A stretch of DNA of 64,000 nt from Candidatus Velthaea sp. GTDB taxonomy: Bacteria; Vulcanimicrobiota; Vulcanimicrobiia; Vulcanimicrobiales; Vulcanimicrobiaceae. The stretch's first letter is position 1, and each line of letters opens with the position of its first letter. The notes under the pieces are model-generated. The model did no database searches and was not told the origin of the DNA. It saw nothing but the letters and a program-made list of their open reading frames with translations. The stretch covers positions 384,001 to 448,000 of the forward strand of contig CBDCCS010000018.1 of the NCBI GenBank assembly GCA_965214935.1, written 5' to 3'. This document shows positions 51,586-63,701 of the stretch, piece by piece. A program made the position numbers and the translations under genes.

Positions 51586-52938
51586 TCACTCGATAAGCAG
51601 CCGCGCGAGACTGGGAAACGCTTCGGCATACGTCGGGTGGATGTGCACCGACCGTTCGAGTGTGCGCCACGTGCTGCGGGCCTCCATATGGGCGAGAAAG
51701 ACATGCACGAGTTCGCCGGCTTCATAACCGACGAGCGTCGCGCCGAGAATGCTGTCGTTGGTTGTGTCGACGACTAGCCGGTAAAATCCGTTCGTTTCGT
51801 TCCATTCGATCGCGCGCGCAACGCTATCGAGTTCGAGCGTCACGCAACGCGCGGCGTGGCCTGCCTGCAGCGCAGCTTCGTGCGTTAGTCCGACGCGTCC
51901 GACTTGCGGATCGGTGAACACCGCGTAACCGAGCACCCGATCGTGGCGCGTGCGCGACATGTCGCCGGCGAGAATCGCTTTGAGCCGCCGATAATCTTCC
52001 CACGAGACGTGCGTGAACTGCGCTTGGCCCGCAACATCACCCAATGCGTAGACGCCGGGAACGGCAGTTCGCAAATGTTCGTCGACCGCGATGTAACCGC
52101 GGGCGTCGAGTGCAATGCCCGCTTCCACGGTACCCGGCGGCACGTTCGGCGTTCGGCCTGCCGCGACGAGCAGTGCTTCGCCTTGTAGCGTTTCACCGCC
52201 GCCGCAATGCACGCGATACGTCGTGCCGTCGAAACGTACCGCTTGTGCATGGACGCCCAGATGGAGGACGACGCCGTCGCGCTCGAGCGAGCGTTGCAAG
52301 GCGGCCGAAACCTCCGGCTCTTCGGCTGCCAGCACGCGGTCCGCGCTGTTTACGATGTGCACCTCGCTGCCGCAGCGGGCTAAGCCTTGTCCGAGTTCGA
52401 GCCCGATATAGCCGCCGCCGATAACGATCGTACGGCGCGGCAACGTCCGCTGATCGAAGAAATTGAGGTTGGTCAGCGTCGGGACGCCGGCGATTCCGTC
52501 AAGCGGCGGCATCGCGGGCGACGTTCCGGTATCGATGATGATTGTTTGCGCGGCGTACGTTTGGCCGCCGGCAACGAGTGTGTGCGGGCCGCTGAAAGCA
52601 GCCTCGGCGCGGACCAGCGCGAGCTGCGGATGTTTGGCGAATTTCGCCTCGACGCCGCCGTTCCAATCCGCAACCGTCGCACGCACGCGGTCCATGACGG
52701 CGGCGAAATCCACCCGCACGTCGGCATGGACGCCGATATCCGCCGCTCGGCGGGCGCGACCGGCTGCATGCGCCGAGGCCAGAAACGCTTTCGAGGGCGT
52801 ACATCCGACGTTGACGCAGCTTCCACCCAGCCGGCCGCGCTCGAACACGACGACACGCTTACCGTCCGCGGCAAGGTCGAGTGCAAGCGGAACGCCGCCC
52901 TGACCCGTACCGATAACGGCAACGTCGAATGTCTCCAT
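51586..52938 (-). CDS. Flavoprotein disulfide reductase (MerA/RclA/Lpd-like)
   Basis: GGSCVNVGCTPSK, GGGYIGLE, HPTYAE. Confidence 0.88.
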   Translation of the reverse strand: METFDVAVIGTGQGGVPLALDLAADGKRVVVFERGRLGGSCVNVGCTPSKAFLASAHAAGRARRAADIGVHADVRVDFAAVMDRVRATVADWNGGVEAKFAKHPQLALVRAEAAFSGPHTLVAGGQTYAAQTIIIDTGTSPAMPPLDGIAGVPTLTNLNFFDQRTLPRRTIVIGGGYIGLELGQGLARCGSEVHIVNSADRVLAAEEPEVSAALQRSLERDGVVLHLGVHAQAVRFDGTTYRVHCGGGETLQGEALLVAAGRTPNVPPGTVEAGIALDARGYIAVDEHLRTAVPGVYALGDVAGQAQFTHVSWEDYRRLKAILAGDMSRTRHDRVLGYAVFTDPQVGRVGLTHEAALQAGHAARCVTLELDSVARAIEWNETNGFYRLVVDTTNDSILGATLVGYEAGELVHVFLAHMEARSTWRTLERSVHIHPTYAEAFPSLARLLIE

Positions 52939-52990
52939 GGCGGCAAGCTCCTACCCGTTTCGTGGCCGAGTGCGGCGCCCGGCGAGCACG

Positions 52991-55702
52991 CTAATGGCGC
53001 GTGAGCAGTGCTACCGGAACGTCGAAATCCCAGGCCAGCGGCGGGTGCTCCGCGCCGGCGTATTCGGCGACCTGCTGGATCAATTTCGCGACCAGCGCCG
53101 TCCAGCCGGTTTGATGCGACGCGCCCAGTCCGGCTCCGGTGTCGCCGTTGAAATATTCGTAAAACGCAATATAGTCGCGCCAGTGCGGATCGGTCTGAAA
53201 TAACGCTTGAGCGCCGTTGGCGGGCCGGTTGCCGGCGTTATCGCGCCGGAACAAGCCGATCAAACGCTGGGCCAAATCGATCGAAATATCCCACAGCGTC
53301 AATTCCCGACCCGAACCCGTCGGATACTCGACTTTAAAATCGTTGCCGAGGTAAAAATGGAAGCGCTGTAGCGACTCGATGAACAGATAATTGAGCGGAA
53401 ACCATACCGGACCGCGCCAATTCGAGTTGCCGCCGAAGGTCGCCGTCGTCGATTCGGCCGGCTGATAATCGACCCGAAACGTCGCGCCCGCGACGCTCAA
53501 TACAAACGGATGCTCGGCGTGGAATTTCGAGAGCGAACGCAATCCGAACGGACACAGAAACTCGTCTTCGGCGAAGAACCGGCGCAGGACACGCTTGAGC
53601 TTTTCCGGCGTGACGATCGCCATCAGCCGCCGTTCTTCAAGACCCTTCTTTTCGAGGTGCGCAACGTTCTCGCTCAACTCCGGGCGGTTACGGATGAACC
53701 ACTCGATGCGTTTCTTTAAGCGCGGCAGCTTGTCGAGTGCACCGCTCGAAATCGTTTCAACCGCGAAAAGTGGAATGAGCCCGACCATCGAGCGTACCTT
53801 GAGTGCGATGCGCTGCTTGTCGGGCAAAAACAGCTGGTCGTAATAAAAGCCGTCGTCGTCGTCCCACAGACCCTCGTCGTCGGCACGCAGCGAATTCATC
53901 GCGTCCGCGATGTATAGGAAATGCTCGAAAAACTTCGACGCGATGTCTTCGTAAACCGCATCGTGTTTGGCTAATTCCACCGCGATCACCAGCATGTTGA
54001 GCGAGTAGACGCCCATCCAGCTCGTGCCGTCGGCTTGCGCGAGATAGCCGCCTGTCGGCAGCGCCGAACTGCGATCGAATACCCCGATGTTGTCCAGACC
54101 CAAAAAGCCGCCTTGAAAGACGTTCTTGCCCGCGACGTCCTTACGATTGACCCACCAGGTAAAGTTCAACAGCAGCTTCGTAAAGACGCGCTCGAGAAAT
54201 GTGATGTCGCCCGTGCCGTAGTGCTTGGCTTCGATTTTGTACGTGCGGTACGCCGCCCAGGCTTGCACCGGCGGATTGACGTCGTCGAAGGCCCATTCAT
54301 ACGCCGGAATCTGGCCGTTGGGATGCATGTAGAATTCGCGCGTCAACGTGAGCTGCTGCGCTTTGGCGAATCCCGGATCGATGATTGCGAGCGGAATAAC
54401 GTGAAAGGCAAGGTCCCATGACGCGTACCACGGGTATTCCCAGGTGTCGGGCATCGACAGAATGTCGTCGTTGTAAAGATGAATCCACGCGGCGTTTCGG
54501 CCGTGCAGCCGCGATACCGGCGGCGTCGGCATGAGCGGATCGCCCATGAGCCAGTCACGCACGACGTAACAATAATATTGCTTGGACCATAAGAGTCCGG
54601 CGAACGCCTGCCGCTGGATTTGCCGTTCGTCGTCGGTTAAATTACCCGGGACGACCGTCTGGTAGAAGACATTGGCTTCCGCGATTCTGTCGTCGAAAAC
54701 GCCGTCGAACGAGCCGTCGATCCCGGCGCTCGCAGAGTGATCGGTCAGCCGTAAACGAATCGTTTGCGTCTCGCCCGGCTGGAGCAACAGCCGGTAGTGC
54801 AGCGACATCTTCGTACCGACGCGAGCACGATTGATCGTGTTCGATTCGCCGCCGACGATGTAGCGGTCGATGCCGTCTTTGGTAAAGCGCGTCGGACTTT
54901 GCGAGTTGAACGCTTCGCGATAATTCGTCTCGTTGTCGGTGAAGAGGCGGTCGCCCGCGGCGGCATCGTGGAAAAGCCAGCGTTTTCCCAGCGTCGCATG
55001 TTCGAGCACAACGGCGTTTGCATGATGCGGCGAGTCGGCGATCGATGGTTTGGGGACACCGGCGCGCCATGCCCAATCGTTGCGAAACCACGTCGTGGGC
55101 AAGATGCGTAAGGGCGCAGCGACGTTCGCGCGATTGGTCGCGCTGATCCGGATGAGAATGTCGTCGATGTCGCACTTGGCATACTCGACGGTAATGTCGA
55201 AATATTTGTCGTCGGCAAAGATACCGGTATCGACCAGTTCGTATTCCGGATCGTTACGCGTGCGTTCGCGGCTGACGCGCAGCAGTTCTTCATAGGGAAA
55301 GCGTCGCTGCGGGTACTTGTACGCCGCCTTCATGTACGCGTGCGACGGTAGATTGTCAAGGTAGTACCAGTACTCCTTAACATCTTCACCGTGGTTACCT
55401 TGCGGACCGGTTACGCCGTAAAAACGCTCTTTGAGAATCGGGTCGTTTTCGTTCCAAAATGCCGGCGCAAAGCATAACCGCTGATGGTTGTCGCTGATAC
55501 CGAGAATGCCGTCTTCGCCCCACCGATATGCGCGAACGCGCGCCTGTTCGAACGGAAAATAATCCCACGCCGTGCCGTATTCGCTGTAGTCTTCGCGAAC
55601 GGTACCCCACTGCCGGTCGCTTAGATACGGTCCCCAACGCCGCCAATGCGCCGTACGCCGTTCGGCGGCGATGATACGCTGACGTTCGGGATTGATATCC
55701 AT
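52991..55702 (-). CDS. MGH1-like glycoside hydrolase (GH63-related)
   Basis: WGPYLSDRQWGTVREDYS, SMPD.WEYPW, NSNWRGP, GLGASHQTGWT. Confidence 0.9.
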   Translation of the reverse strand: MDINPERQRIIAAERRTAHWRRWGPYLSDRQWGTVREDYSEYGTAWDYFPFEQARVRAYRWGEDGILGISDNHQRLCFAPAFWNENDPILKERFYGVTGPQGNHGEDVKEYWYYLDNLPSHAYMKAAYKYPQRRFPYEELLRVSRERTRNDPEYELVDTGIFADDKYFDITVEYAKCDIDDILIRISATNRANVAAPLRILPTTWFRNDWAWRAGVPKPSIADSPHHANAVVLEHATLGKRWLFHDAAAGDRLFTDNETNYREAFNSQSPTRFTKDGIDRYIVGGESNTINRARVGTKMSLHYRLLLQPGETQTIRLRLTDHSASAGIDGSFDGVFDDRIAEANVFYQTVVPGNLTDDERQIQRQAFAGLLWSKQYYCYVVRDWLMGDPLMPTPPVSRLHGRNAAWIHLYNDDILSMPDTWEYPWYASWDLAFHVIPLAIIDPGFAKAQQLTLTREFYMHPNGQIPAYEWAFDDVNPPVQAWAAYRTYKIEAKHYGTGDITFLERVFTKLLLNFTWWVNRKDVAGKNVFQGGFLGLDNIGVFDRSSALPTGGYLAQADGTSWMGVYSLNMLVIAVELAKHDAVYEDIASKFFEHFLYIADAMNSLRADDEGLWDDDDGFYYDQLFLPDKQRIALKVRSMVGLIPLFAVETISSGALDKLPRLKKRIEWFIRNRPELSENVAHLEKKGLEERRLMAIVTPEKLKRVLRRFFAEDEFLCPFGLRSLSKFHAEHPFVLSVAGATFRVDYQPAESTTATFGGNSNWRGPVWFPLNYLFIESLQRFHFYLGNDFKVEYPTGSGRELTLWDISIDLAQRLIGLFRRDNAGNRPANGAQALFQTDPHWRDYIAFYEYFNGDTGAGLGASHQTGWTALVAKLIQQVAEYAGAEHPPLAWDFDVPVALLTRH

Positions 55703-55766
55703 CGGTGCTGCAAATCCGAAATTGGCGCAAGGTTTCCTTTCAATGCAGCGCCTATGCCATGTAACG

Positions 55767-57746
55767 ATGCAGCAATGGCACTTCGGGCGTGAGGTATGCG
55801 GCGATTTCAACGTCGCTCAGGCACGCGAATGGATCGTCACGAACGGCCGCGGAAGCTATGCTTGTGGAACGGTCGCCGGCAACCTCACGCGCCGCTATCA
55901 CGGCCTGTTGATCGCCGCGCTTACTCCGCCGGTCGAGCGCCGGCTCATTGTTGCCAAAAGCGAAGTCAGCGTCATGTACGGCGGTCGCCGGTATGCACTT
56001 GCAACGAACCGGTGGGCGAGCGGCGCAGTCGAGCCGTGCGGTTATCGGCTGTGTGAATCGTTTGCACTCGAAGACGGTGTTCCGACGTGGACGTACGCTT
56101 GCGCCGACGCATCGATCGTTCAAACGATCGCTATGGTGCACGATCGCGATGTGACGGCACTTGGTCTGCACGTGAAGCGCGCGCAAGCGCCGCTGCAGTT
56201 CGAATTGCGCGTGCTCGTTGCCGATCGCGACCACCATGGCGGTACGCTGCCCGAGCCGCATACGTTTGCGGTCACGTGTGCGGAGGGCGCGGCGACCGTC
56301 GCGTTGCCGGCATGCGGCCGAACGTTACATGTGACGGCGGCCGGAGCGACGTTTCGCGAGTTGCATGAAGCGTACCGCGGCTTCGATCTCGCGCGCGAAG
56401 CTGAACGCGACCTGCAAGCCGTCGACGACTACGCGTGTGTGTTGCAGCTCGCGTTCGAGCTCGAACCCGATGCACGCGGCGGCTGCGTTTTCGCGCTCGA
56501 CGGCGCAGCGAGCGACCCGCCGCAAGCGATTGTAACGGCGGCGCGCCGGCGGCACCAAGCCGTCGTCGACGCGCAAGCATCGCCGCTCATCGGACGGCTT
56601 GCCGCGGCTGCCGATGCGTTCATCGTTCGGCGCGGCATCGACGAGGACGCCGGAAAAACCGTCATTGCCGGTTATCCGTGGTTCGCCGACTGGGGTCGCG
56701 ACACGATGATCGCGCTGCCGGGTTTGGTTTTACGCACCGGCCGTCCGGAATTAGCGCGTGAAATCTTACTGACGTTCGCCCGCAGCATCGACGGGGGGAT
56801 GTTGCCCAATCGGTTTCCCGACGACGGGTCGGTCGCGGAATATAACACGGTCGACGCGGCGCTGTGGTTCATCGAAGCGGTCCGCAGTTACATTGCCGAA
56901 ACCGGCGATTTGGAGTTTCTGCGCACCCTGCTACCCGCGCTCGACGCAATCGTCGATGGTTACGTCAACGGGACGCGGTACGGCATCCGGGTCGATGGTG
57001 ACGGACTGGTGCAAGCCGGCGTTCCCGGCGTGCAGCTGACCTGGATGGATGCGAAGGTCGGCGACTCGGTCATTACGCCGCGCATCGGTAAGCCGGTCGA
57101 AATCAGTGCGCTCTGGTATGCGGCGTTGCGCGCGATGGAAACGCTCGGGCCGGCCGCGGGTTCCAGCGCTAAACGCTACCGGACGCTCGCCGAGCGATGC
57201 GCGCGCGGGTTGCAGCGCTTTTGGAATGCGGAGCGCGGTTACTGTTTCGACGTCCTCGACGGCCCGGGCGGCGACGATCCGGCGTTGCGGCCCAATCAGC
57301 TTTTCGCGATCGCCTTGCATGCAAGTGCCTTCGATGCAACGCAGGCACGTTCGATCGTGGACGTCTGCGCGCGCGAGTTATTGACGTCGCATGGTCTGCG
57401 AACGCTGGCGCCCGGCGATCCGGCCTATTGCGGCCGGTACACCGGCAGTGTCGCTGCGCGCGACCGGGCGTACCATCAAGGGACGGTTTGGCCGTGGCTG
57501 ATCGGTCCGTTCGTGCGCGCGCACTTGCGCGTGTACGGCGATCCGGTGCGCGCACGCAGCTTCGTTGCACCGCTGGTCGACGCGCTCGGCGGCTACGGCA
57601 TAGGAACGCTGCCCGAAATCTTCGACGGCGATCCGCCGCACGCGCCGCGCGGCGCCGTCGCGCAAGCGTGGAGTATCGCCGAACTGATCACGTCGCTCGT
57701 CGAAATCGAAGCGGTCGAAGGCCGAACGCCGGCGCCCGTGGTTTAA
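55767..57746 (+). CDS. Amylo-alpha-1,6-glucosidase (GH133-like debranching enzyme)
   Basis: EW.VTNG.GSY, IAGYPWF.DWGRDT, LTWMD, YHQGTVWPW, QAWS. Confidence 0.9.
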   Translation: MQQWHFGREVCGDFNVAQAREWIVTNGRGSYACGTVAGNLTRRYHGLLIAALTPPVERRLIVAKSEVSVMYGGRRYALATNRWASGAVEPCGYRLCESFALEDGVPTWTYACADASIVQTIAMVHDRDVTALGLHVKRAQAPLQFELRVLVADRDHHGGTLPEPHTFAVTCAEGAATVALPACGRTLHVTAAGATFRELHEAYRGFDLAREAERDLQAVDDYACVLQLAFELEPDARGGCVFALDGAASDPPQAIVTAARRRHQAVVDAQASPLIGRLAAAADAFIVRRGIDEDAGKTVIAGYPWFADWGRDTMIALPGLVLRTGRPELAREILLTFARSIDGGMLPNRFPDDGSVAEYNTVDAALWFIEAVRSYIAETGDLEFLRTLLPALDAIVDGYVNGTRYGIRVDGDGLVQAGVPGVQLTWMDAKVGDSVITPRIGKPVEISALWYAALRAMETLGPAAGSSAKRYRTLAERCARGLQRFWNAERGYCFDVLDGPGGDDPALRPNQLFAIALHASAFDATQARSIVDVCARELLTSHGLRTLAPGDPAYCGRYTGSVAARDRAYHQGTVWPWLIGPFVRAHLRVYGDPVRARSFVAPLVDALGGYGIGTLPEIFDGDPPHAPRGAVAQAWSIAELITSLVEIEAVEGRTPAPVV

Positions 57747-58009
57747 GCGCGGCGGTCGAACGACGGCGCCGGCCGTCCGGCGTGCGGCGGACTCGACGGC
57801 GCGTAGCGGATATCGGCCGGAAGTTGCGCGACTTGGGCGATGATCTCGCTCTGCGGCGCACTCGGGGCATCGGATAGCGCCGGACTCAACGGGCTGCCGC
57901 CGTTTGAAGTCGGGGTCGTTGCCGCGGCCGCCGGTGACGTGCCGGACGGGCCACCATTACCATACGCCGCGCGACTTGCGGGGACGGACTGGACTGCCGA
58001 TACATCCAT
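57743..58009 (-). CDS. Small Pro/Ser/Ala-rich protein, possibly motility regulon
   Basis: AGGAG SD; upstream sigma28-like promoter; MDVSAV...FDRRA. Confidence 0.6.
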   Translation of the reverse strand: MDVSAVQSVPASRAAYGNGGPSGTSPAAAATTPTSNGGSPLSPALSDAPSAPQSEIIAQVAQLPADIRYAPSSPPHAGRPAPSFDRRA

Positions 58010-58042
58010 GTGACAGAACTCCTAACGGACGCACCTGCGTCA

Positions 58043-58927
58043 CTAGCTTGTATCGGTTACCTGCGCCGGCACTTTAGTGCGTTCGGCGCGCAGCGCTACG
58101 GCAATGCCGAGCGTCACGAGGAGCGCTCCGGCAATTGCCGACGGCGCGAGCCGTTCGTTAAAAATTCGCGCGGCAAGCGCGGCGGCGATCGCCGGCTCGA
58201 TAAGCGTCGATGTCGCCACCAACGTCGCGCTGAGCGTCCGTACGGCCGCATTGAGCGCAGTGTGACCTAAAAGTTGCGAGACGACGGCCATCGCCGCGAT
58301 CGCCGCCCAGGCGCGCCCGTCGCCGAGGGCCGGAATTTTATCGTGCCCGGCGACCGTCAGCGTCAACAAAACGGCGGCAGCGACCGGGTACGTGCGGCCG
58401 ACGACGGCGAGCGTGCCGTACCGTGGATCGCCCGCGCGCACGATCAGCAAGTAAACGCCGATTGCCAGTGCACCCGCGAGTGCGAGCGCTACGCCGAGCG
58501 GCGTCCGTTGGGCGCCGGGCCGTCCCACGACGAGTGCGACCCCGCCGAGCGCGAGCAGCAAGCTGACGACCACATCGCCGCGCAGCCGCTGCGTGCGAGC
58601 CACCGTAAAAGCTTCGGTCCAAACCGGAGTCGTGCAGACCAGCAGAGTCGAGATTGCGACGCTCGTGTAACGCAACGATGCGATCCAGCAGGCAAAGTGC
58701 AGCGCAAGTGCCGCGCCGGCGAAGCCGAATCGCCATTCGGCGCGTTGTCCGTACGAGCGGTATGCGCCCGTTAGCAGCGCCGCGACGCCGACCGGCAACG
58801 CCGCGATCGACATGCGCAACGCCGAAACGGCGATCGGTCCGCCGCCCTCGAGCGCAAACCTGGCAAAGATCGCAGCTGCGCCGATGGCGATTTGTGCCAA
58901 CACCAGCAGCGCAAAAGCGTTGCGCAT
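58043..58927 (-). CDS. DMT/EamA family transporter
   Basis: About 10 TM segments, HF..W..SL.YTSVA, GHT..N, IEP. Confidence 0.88.
   Translation of the reverse strand: MRNAFALLVLAQIAIGAAAIFARFALEGGGPIAVSALRMSIAALPVGVAALLTGAYRSYGQRAEWRFGFAGAALALHFACWIASLRYTSVAISTLLVCTTPVWTEAFTVARTQRLRGDVVVSLLLALGGVALVVGRPGAQRTPLGVALALAGALAIGVYLLIVRAGDPRYGTLAVVGRTYPVAAAVLLTLTVAGHDKIPALGDGRAWAAIAAMAVVSQLLGHTALNAAVRTLSATLVATSTLIEPAIAAALAARIFNERLAPSAIAGALLVTLGIAVALRAERTKVPAQVTDTS
58050..58076 (-). promoter_or_regulatory. Sigma28 (FliA)-like promoter
   Basis: Minus strand TAAA-N15-ACCGATAC. Confidence 0.55.
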
Positions 58928-58986
58928 CGGGCTTGCGGCTTCGGCGCGCCGCGCGGCTGCCCCGCGTGGCACGCGGCCGGTCATCC

Positions 58987-59015
58987 TTGACAGCGGCGTA
59001 TCACAAGCGTAGCGT
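58987..59015 (+). promoter_or_regulatory. Sigma70-like promoter of thiC
   Basis: TTGACA-N17-TAGCGT directly upstream of the riboswitch. Confidence 0.65.
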
Positions 59016-59016
59016 A

Positions 59017-60924
<1,908 letters not shown>

Positions 60925-60988
60925 CCGTGCGTTAAAGTCTGGCTAGGAGTCGAGGATAAACGCTTACGGCGGCCAAGGCGAGCGCGTT

Positions 60989-61918
60989 ATGCCGGTTTCG
61001 AGATTTTTGTGGCCGCTGCTTGTTGCCGGGCTGACTGCCTGCTCCGGTAACCTTGGCGGCGGTCAGAGTACGCTTCCAGGCGCTCCGCTGGGCACCAACA
61101 GCGTTCAACAAGCGCCGCTTCCGGCACCGACCGCTTCGCCTGTTTCGGCGTCGCTCGTGGCGTCGGTCGGCGATTCGCTCGACGCTCAACCGCTGCCGTC
61201 GATCATGGGCTGGGGCGGCACGATCGCATTTACCAAGCCCGTACCGTCGCCGTCGGCGAGTCCGAATGCAAAGCAGAGCGCCGTTCCGGACGCCGGGCCG
61301 ATCTCGGTCGGCGTGACTGCAGCGGTCGTCGAACCGGCCGATGCGCCGCACTTTGCCGCCGCTGCCAAAGGCAAAGGCGTGTCCAAGGGGTTGCTGTACG
61401 TCAGCCTGCTGCCAACGGCCGACCTGACGCTCGCGCAGTACCCGAAGATTGCCGTCGATGTTCCGCGCGACACGGTCGCGAAGTACCGCGATCGTCCGTT
61501 CGCGCTCGCTTTGTACGATCCGGAGACCAAGGAGAAAACCTACCGGCTTGCAGTCGCCGAGCGCGATCTGGCGAGTCCGGCGCCTAGCCCATCATCTCCG
61601 GCTACCGCCACGCCGGCTCCGGTGATCTCGATGAATCCGGGTCAAATGCAGAATCCTACGGCGCTTACGCCGCCGCCGGTCGGCTCGGCGTTAGGCGATG
61701 CCATGCTGCCGCCGGAGCGCATTGCTTTTCTGCCGACGGCGTCGACGCTCGTGCTGCGCGCGAATCGCCCGGTCGTTTTCGTCGTTTACGCCGCGCCTGC
61801 AGCTTCACCGCAACCCAGCGCCAAACCGAGTGCCGGATCGTCGCCCGCCCCGGCGCCTTCGAGTTCGCCGTCACCCGCGCCGCGTGTAAGTCCGACCGCC
61901 GTTCCGTCGCCCGCCTAG
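60989..61918 (+). CDS. Pro/Ser-rich lipoprotein
   Basis: Lipobox LTAC; PSPS repeats. Confidence 0.7.
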   Translation: MPVSRFLWPLLVAGLTACSGNLGGGQSTLPGAPLGTNSVQQAPLPAPTASPVSASLVASVGDSLDAQPLPSIMGWGGTIAFTKPVPSPSASPNAKQSAVPDAGPISVGVTAAVVEPADAPHFAAAAKGKGVSKGLLYVSLLPTADLTLAQYPKIAVDVPRDTVAKYRDRPFALALYDPETKEKTYRLAVAERDLASPAPSPSSPATATPAPVISMNPGQMQNPTALTPPPVGSALGDAMLPPERIAFLPTASTLVLRANRPVVFVVYAAPAASPQPSAKPSAGSSPAPAPSSSPSPAPRVSPTAVPSPA

Positions 61919-62079
61919 AAGCCCGCCGTTCGTAGGCCGTCGGTCTCGCCGGCAAGCGAAGAACGCACTTGCTCGCGCTGATGTGAATGCGAACTTCACG
62001 GGTAAGCAAATTGTAAGCAAGTCGTTTTCCTACGTGTCTTGCGGGCTTTGTGGTGCGGCAACTGCCGCAGGAGCGACTG

Positions 62080-63255
62080 TTGAAAATTGCTCTCGCTACG
62101 ATGACGGCTAACGTGCTTTGCTCGCCGGGCGGAGCGCAAGGTAGCGGTCAACGTGTCCGCATCGCCGCGCTTGCCCAAGCGTTGGCGGCGGCGGGCCATG
62201 CGGTAACCGTCTATATGCGCCGCGCTGATCCCACGGTTCCCGCCCGGCTCGACGTTGGGAAATTCGCCGCAGTGCAGGTCGACGCCGGAGTAGCCGGGCC
62301 GCTTTCGGGCGGCGAGCTGACGGCCGCGGTCGCCCAATTCGAGCAGCAGCTTACGCTGGAGTTGAATGCCGCTCCGCCGCATGTCGTGCACGCCTTCGAC
62401 TGGCTCGCCGGGCGGGCAGCAATCGTTGCTTCCGGCGGCGGTGGCCGGCCGGTCGTCGTATCGGCGGCGCCGTTCCCCAGCATCGCTGCAGCCGACGACG
62501 GCAGCGCGTCCGCAATCGTCATCCGCCGAGCGGCGCGAATTATCGCCAATTCGAGCGCGCAAGTCTTTACATTACTCGGTCTCGGTGCGAGACCCGGGGC
62601 GATCAAATTCGTTCCGTCCGGCGTGGATGTCGAGCTCTTTGCGCCGGTTTTGCCGATCGTGCGTAGCGGTAAGCGGTTTCGCATTGCGACGCTCGGCGGT
62701 TTAGGTGTCGCTCACGGTGTCGCCGACGTTATCGAAGCATTGGCCGAGTTGAGCGATGTCGAGCTTGCCGTCGGCGGTGGTGACGCGCAACAAGCGGAAT
62801 CCGCCGGCGACGACGTCGCACGACTCTGGGCCCTTGCGCGGCGGCGCGGCGTCGCGGACCGGGTGACCTTTTACGGACGCATCGCGCGTAACGATGTGCC
62901 GGCGTTTCTATGCGCGTCCGACGTCGTGGTTTGCGCGCCGCATGCCGAGTCGCTGGGACTCGTCGCGCTCGAAGCGATGGCATGCGGCGTTCCGCCGGTT
63001 GTTTCCGCAGTGGGCGGCCTCGTCGATGCGGTTAGCGACGGAATGACCGGCATCCACGTTCCCCCGCAGTCGCCCCGGCAAATTGCCTATGCCGTCGACA
63101 CGCTTCGCGCCGATCCCGTGCGGCGGGCGCGTTACGGGCGAATGGGAATCGAGCGGGCGGCTTCGCGGTGTTGGCCGCGCATCGCCGCGGCAACCTTGGA
63201 CGTCTACGACGGCGTTGCGCCGAAACCGGAGCTATTCGTTCGCACTCGCTCGTAG
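62080..63255 (+). CDS. Glycosyltransferase family 4 (MshA-like)
   Basis: AGGAG SD before TTG; SGVD, ESLGLVALEAMACG. Confidence 0.85.
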   Translation: MKIALATMTANVLCSPGGAQGSGQRVRIAALAQALAAAGHAVTVYMRRADPTVPARLDVGKFAAVQVDAGVAGPLSGGELTAAVAQFEQQLTLELNAAPPHVVHAFDWLAGRAAIVASGGGGRPVVVSAAPFPSIAAADDGSASAIVIRRAARIIANSSAQVFTLLGLGARPGAIKFVPSGVDVELFAPVLPIVRSGKRFRIATLGGLGVAHGVADVIEALAELSDVELAVGGGDAQQAESAGDDVARLWALARRRGVADRVTFYGRIARNDVPAFLCASDVVVCAPHAESLGLVALEAMACGVPPVVSAVGGLVDAVSDGMTGIHVPPQSPRQIAYAVDTLRADPVRRARYGRMGIERAASRCWPRIAAATLDVYDGVAPKPELFVRTRS

Positions 63256-63305
63256 CCGCCCTGCGGCCGACTGTACTTTCATCGCGAGCTGCCGATGATT
63301 GACAC

Positions 63306-63701
63306 ATGGCGCTACATGAAGTCGCTGATCTTACGGTGCGGTTCGATGCCCCCGATCTCATGGCGGCCTTGCAGCGCTTAGAGGCCCAAGCCGAGCAGTA
63401 CGATGCGTTAGCCTTTGGTTTGATCGTTATGGATGCCGACGGCATCGTGCTTGCTTATAACCAAGCCGAGTCGCGATTCGCCGGCATTCCGCCGGAAAAA
63501 GCGCTCGGTTACGACTTCTTCGCCGACGTCGCGCCATGTACGAACAACTACCTCGTCGCCGGCCGGTACGAAGAAGAGTCGCTGCTCGACGAACAGATCG
63601 ACTACATCTTCACCGTGAAAATGCGTCCGACGCGCGTGCGTCTACGCATGCTCAAAAATCAAAGCGCCGGCCGCCAATACCTTGCCGTTCGATGGACGTA
63701 G
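63306..63701 (+). CDS. pyp: Photoactive yellow protein homolog
   Basis: YNQAE and FFADVAPCT, colinear with Y42/E46/C69 of H. halophila PYP. Confidence 0.8.
   Translation: MALHEVADLTVRFDAPDLMAALQRLEAQAEQYDALAFGLIVMDADGIVLAYNQAESRFAGIPPEKALGYDFFADVAPCTNNYLVAGRYEEESLLDEQIDYIFTVKMRPTRVRLRMLKNQSAGRQYLAVRWT

Noticed and set aside
51586..52938. Mercuric reductase MerA
   Set aside because: No C-terminal Cys-Cys pair, no N-terminal HMA domain and no mer genes nearby.
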